Shown here piece by piece: positions 60,823 to 64,000 of a DNA stretch of 64,000 nucleotides. The position numbers and the translations under genes were made by a program. The stretch comes from Candidatus Latescibacterota bacterium (lineage in GTDB: Bacteria; Latescibacterota; UBA2968; UBA8231), in the NCBI GenBank assembly GCA_965206595.1, contig OZ242214.1:4256001-4320000 (forward strand). The letters are read 5' to 3'. How positions within the stretch are numbered: the stretch's first letter is position 1; every line of letters begins with the position of its first letter. Under the pieces are notes generated by a model. It had not been told where the DNA came from. It saw nothing but the letters and a program-made list of their open reading frames with translations, and did no database searches.

Positions 60823-61100
60823 AGAACTACCCCCACGCCGATAGCGAAAACATATGAGAGAACACAGAGGGTTCGTAACTGTTGAACCTGCCCATGCAGC
60901 TTTTTTACCTGAGATTTGAGCCGAACTTGCTCATGCAAATTTTCTTCCTGAGCATTGAATTGCTGATCGTGCTTTTCAAGTAAGGTATTCTGTTTCTCTA
61001 ATTCTTTGTGTAAGCCGAGTAGAACTTCCCCATATACTTCACTATACTCCCCTATTTTCTCTTCTACCGCTTTACCACTGATCTTATCCAATAATTTCAT
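60807..61100 (-). CDS. Small coiled-coil protein with C-terminal TM helix
   Basis: RBS aggag; Q/E/K/L heptads then LCVLSYVFAIGVGVVLW; overlaps the next gene by 16 nt. Confidence 0.68.
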   Translation of the reverse strand: MKLLDKISGKAVEEKIGEYSEVYGEVLLGLHKELEKQNTLLEKHDQQFNAQEENLHEQVRLKSQVKKLHGQVQQLRTLCVLSYVFAIGVGVVLWMIN

Positions 61101-61139
61101 AGAGCTATCTCCTATTTTGGCACTGGAGTTGCACATTCA

Positions 61140-61227
61140 ATGAGATGGCGAAGAAACCCTCAACAGAGGTCCTTTCCTCTCGTTGAGATAGTTTCAAATC
61201 CTTTTCAAAGTGCCTAAAAACGCCGCA
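61140..61227 (-). pseudogene. Degenerate YafQ-like toxin remnant
   Basis: FEKDLKLSQR / GKDL across a frameshift directly after the antitoxin stop. Confidence 0.45.
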
Positions 61228-61458
61228 TCAAATATTGAGCCTCTGAAACATGCCATCGGCGTCTTCACACTCGACCAATTCTTCCCCTCGATCCGTCTTT
61301 TCAAAAACGTCACGGGTTTCCTCATTAGGTAGCTCTACGGGAAACGGCAGCCCGTTGCGCCGTTCCATTTGCCGAAAGAAAAGGGTTATGGCCTCGGTTG
61401 TGGTCAGGCCGAGTTTGCTCAATAGCGCCTCGACATTGCGCTTTAGCTCTGGATTAAT
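61228..61458 (-). pseudogene. RelB/DinJ antitoxin, N-terminus removed by IS1380
   Basis: INPELKRNVEALLSKLGLTTTEAITLFFRQM...GLPF...PNEET. Confidence 0.8.
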
Positions 61459-63318
61459 CCTTTGTTATTCATTCAACCCGCGCATAAGCGGACATAGGCG
61501 CTTCCGAGACCCCTTTGCTTAGCCTCAGAGGCTTGCGTCCCTTCTATAGTCGGCTTTTTGGGTAGAGCCGTCTCCTTATCTCTACCGACCTTGTTGAAAT
61601 TGTACGCGCCTTCTCGAAGACGCTTGCCTTTGCGAGCCCATCATCCCGACCGACCCGGCCTGCGCTTACGCCATCGCCGCGTCCACCGGTTTGAGCGTGG
61701 CCAGAAATCTCCACAGACGATCCCAGGCAGCCGCCGTCCCTTGGGTCAGGATGACGCCCACCCTGCGCCCATGCAAGGTGACGCGGGACGGCAGGCGCAG
61801 GTAGCGCCGTCGAAAACTGTCCAGGCTCAGGGCCGTCGTCGAGCGTCCGTATGTGCGGGGCCGCCCGCGTCGGGCCTCGGCGCGTTCGGCGGCCTGGCGG
61901 CCCAGGTGAAGCAGGTTGTAGGCCAGCAGGTTCAAGGTCAGAAGCGCCTGGTTGGCAGCGAAGGCATCCCGGGACGGGGTGCGCTGACGCGGCTCTCGAC
62001 CCCGGTAGTGTTGCTTGCGACGGGTGGTAGAGGAGAGCTGAGGCTGGAGGGTGGAGCTCAACTCGCCGAGCATGCGCTCGAAAAGGCCGCGCTGACGATA
62101 AAAGGCGACCAGGTCGCGGCCGCTCATCGTCTGGGGACTCTGGTCGGTGATCAGGAAGAAGTGGCGGGCGATGGGCAGCTCTTCCGTCTCGGAAGGGACC
62201 AGGACCAACACCACCCGCCGGGGCTGCGCCCAGGACCTGGCTTGATAGCGCAGCTCGCGACAGCGAAAACCCTCTTCCCGCAGCTCTTCCGGGTGCTGCG
62301 CCAGCTCCTGCTGATAGCCTTCCACCCAGGCACGAGCCAGCTCCTCCAGGCGCGCATTCTTCTTGATGCGCGCCACGTACGAGGTGTCGGCCCGCGCTTC
62401 CAGCTCACTCAGGAAAGACCCGCTCACCGAGGCCGCGTCGAAGCGCAGGATGAGGCGCCGGGCCAGATGCGACTGAATCCAGTCCAAGCGCTTGCCGAGA
62501 GCCTCTGAGGCGCCCTCATGGGCGTGCACGTTGCCCGGCCGCAGCACGGCACCGAAGAAATCGCCCGTCTGCGCCGAGCCGAGGAGCAGGGGATGGTACC
62601 CCGAGGCGTGGAAGTAGCCGTTGTATTCGACCCCCGCCTGGTGCCCGTGCGCCGGCATCGGCAGGGCATCCATGTCGACGGCCAACTCCTCGTATTTCAT
62701 CCGTCCTTCCAGCAGCCGGCAACGAGACCGGGCGCTGCGCAGGACGGCTTCCTCCAACACCTCGCGGTTATAGGCAGTCGAGGCTTGCTCGAGCAGGCGC
62801 GACAGCGTCGGCTGACTGGCCAGTCCCTGCGGCCGGTCTTCGTCGCCGCTGCGCAACGGCGCCTGCCCTTTGCGATCGCTGACCGCCAGACGCAGGATCG
62901 GATCTTGGCGCAACGCGTCGGCGTCGGCGGCGTGGGTCCAGCCCTGTGCCAGCAGCACGATCTGTGTGCGCAGCAGCTCCGGCAGCGGGTGCGTGATCTG
63001 GTCTTGGGTACGGAGATCCTCGAAGTGGGCGTCGAGCCAATCCAGAACCCGGCTGTGTTCGAGCAGTTGACGCAACATCAGCGCACCGGTGTCGCTGCCA
63101 AGGTGGGTGGGGCGGGCTTCGATGTGGATGGAGCGGTTGAAAGACGGCTGAATCGGCCCGGCTTGCTCGGACTCGGTGTGTGACGGTAATTCACCCATTG
63201 GGTGTCCTACTGTGTGATGGGTTCAAAGGGCGATACTGCCTTGTGTTTCCCTCTGAAATCTAAGCATGGGAGGCACCCAGTACAGCCCTCTCCACTAAAA
63301 TTCCATGAATAACAAGGG
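61459..63318 (-). mobile_element. IS1380-family element, copy 2 (inverted, 1860 bp)
   Basis: Reverse complement of 55313-57172 with very few changes; flanks ttaat / atgag do not form a target duplication. Confidence 0.93.
61666..63198 (-). CDS. IS1380-family transposase
   Basis: Same as copy 1 apart from one V/L change. Confidence 0.92.
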   Translation of the reverse strand: MGELPSHTESEQAGPIQPSFNRSIHIEARPTHLGSDTGALMLRQLLEHSRVLDWLDAHFEDLRTQDQITHPLPELLRTQIVLLAQGWTHAADADALRQDPILRLAVSDRKGQAPLRSGDEDRPQGLASQPTLSRLLEQASTAYNREVLEEAVLRSARSRCRLLEGRMKYEELAVDMDALPMPAHGHQAGVEYNGYFHASGYHPLLLGSAQTGDFFGAVLRPGNVHAHEGASEALGKRLDWIQSHLARRLILRFDAASVSGSFLSELEARADTSYVARIKKNARLEELARAWVEGYQQELAQHPEELREEGFRCRELRYQARSWAQPRRVVLVLVPSETEELPIARHFFLITDQSPQTMSGRDLVAFYRQRGLFERMLGELSSTLQPQLSSTTRRKQHYRGREPRQRTPSRDAFAANQALLTLNLLAYNLLHLGRQAAERAEARRGRPRTYGRSTTALSLDSFRRRYLRLPSRVTLHGRRVGVILTQGTAAAWDRLWRFLATLKPVDAAMA

Positions 63319-63339
63319 ATGAGAACATCCAGACTTTAA

Positions 63340-64000
63340 AAAAAACATGAGGCCGGACGCCAGGAGCCTTTCAACGTCTTCTCGATTCTCCTCAGCGCAA
63401 TTGGTTCGGAGTCTTTGTCCCCCTTTTCAGGTCTTCACACCGAAGTCCATGAAATAAATTTCCATTCCCGGTTTCTCCAAGCCCTGCTGAAAAACCGGAA
63501 GCTGCCCAGCGGACGCAGGGAAAATCTGGCGGATTTCCTGCGCATGCCTGCGGTCGGGATATTCACCTTCAACTCGAACCAAGCTACCTTCGACCGGGAG
63601 AGTGGCGGAGGCGTCCTGATCCGGAATCTTTCCGCACGGCAGGCTATTGTCATTGAAAATAACATTCGGAACGGTAGCCAACCTGTGCAGCTGGATAGGT
63701 ACGCCAACCAATTGAAAGCTGAGGGGTATTCGTCAAACCTTCTGTTTCTGACGCTTGACGGCCGATCACCACCTGAAAACAGCGTCCGGTGTCGGGAGTA
63801 CGAATGCATCTCTTACAAAGAGGATGTTTTCCCCTGGTTGGGCCGTTGCCAGCAACGCGCGTACGACGAGCCGGCGCTTCGGGAGGCGATTGCCCAATAT
63901 TTGCACTTGATCGCCCAGCTTACGGAACGAAACTATAGTGAGACATATATGAATGACTTGAAGAAACTTTGTCTGAAGGATGACAACCTCCTTCTCGTCC
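63340..64000 (+). pseudogene. PDDEXK_4-like nuclease family gene, 5' damaged, runs off the window
   Basis: Hand translation: EPFNVFSIL...EINFHSRFLQALL...AIVIENNI...QPVQLDRY...LFLTLDG...ISYKEDVFPWL; in-frame TAA at 63337-63339. Confidence 0.7.

Noticed and set aside
55313-63318. IS1380 composite transposon that moved as one unit
   Set aside because: Copy 1 has its own target duplication inside a reconstructable gene, so it inserted alone.
1-64000. CRISPR array, DGR, retron or integron
   Set aside because: No regularly spaced repeats and no cas, reverse transcriptase, intI or attC sites seen.

Overview
High-GC bacterial chromosomal window. Inference only: C-terminal FlgD-Ig/T9SS-like domains, a recurring 'WGxIK' C-terminus and YWTD/TPR/FN3/cadherin proteins point to an FCB candidate-phylum lineage such as Latescibacterota, possibly a sponge symbiont. 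Two intact core blocks are present: thrS-M50B-proS-cupin at 5.0-10.2 kb, and SDR, CPBP protease, MntA/HepT, DUF72, amidase, GNAT, oxidoreductase, creatininase, nadC and a membrane protein at 38-53.8 kb. They alternate with decayed accessory zones (10.3-37.9 kb and 53.9-64 kb). These zones hold IS66, two IS5, an IS1182-like element, ISL3, a cargo-carrying IS1595, two IS1380, IS630 and an IS91/ISCR remnant, plus fragments of defence and adhesin genes. Best leads: (1) a short (S/T)W(G/D)xIK C-terminal motif on unrelated signal-peptide proteins, a candidate sorting signal; (2) a tandem paralog array with near-identical ends and divergent cores; (3) a small secreted defensin-like CxxxC...CxC peptide; (4) an intact AT-rich gene pair (coiled-coil/TM protein plus PD-(D/E)xK-like protein), a candidate defence module; (5) an attenuator-like thrS leader without a canonical T-box. 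No rRNA, tRNA or CRISPR array was found. All family calls come from motif recognition by eye, not database searches.
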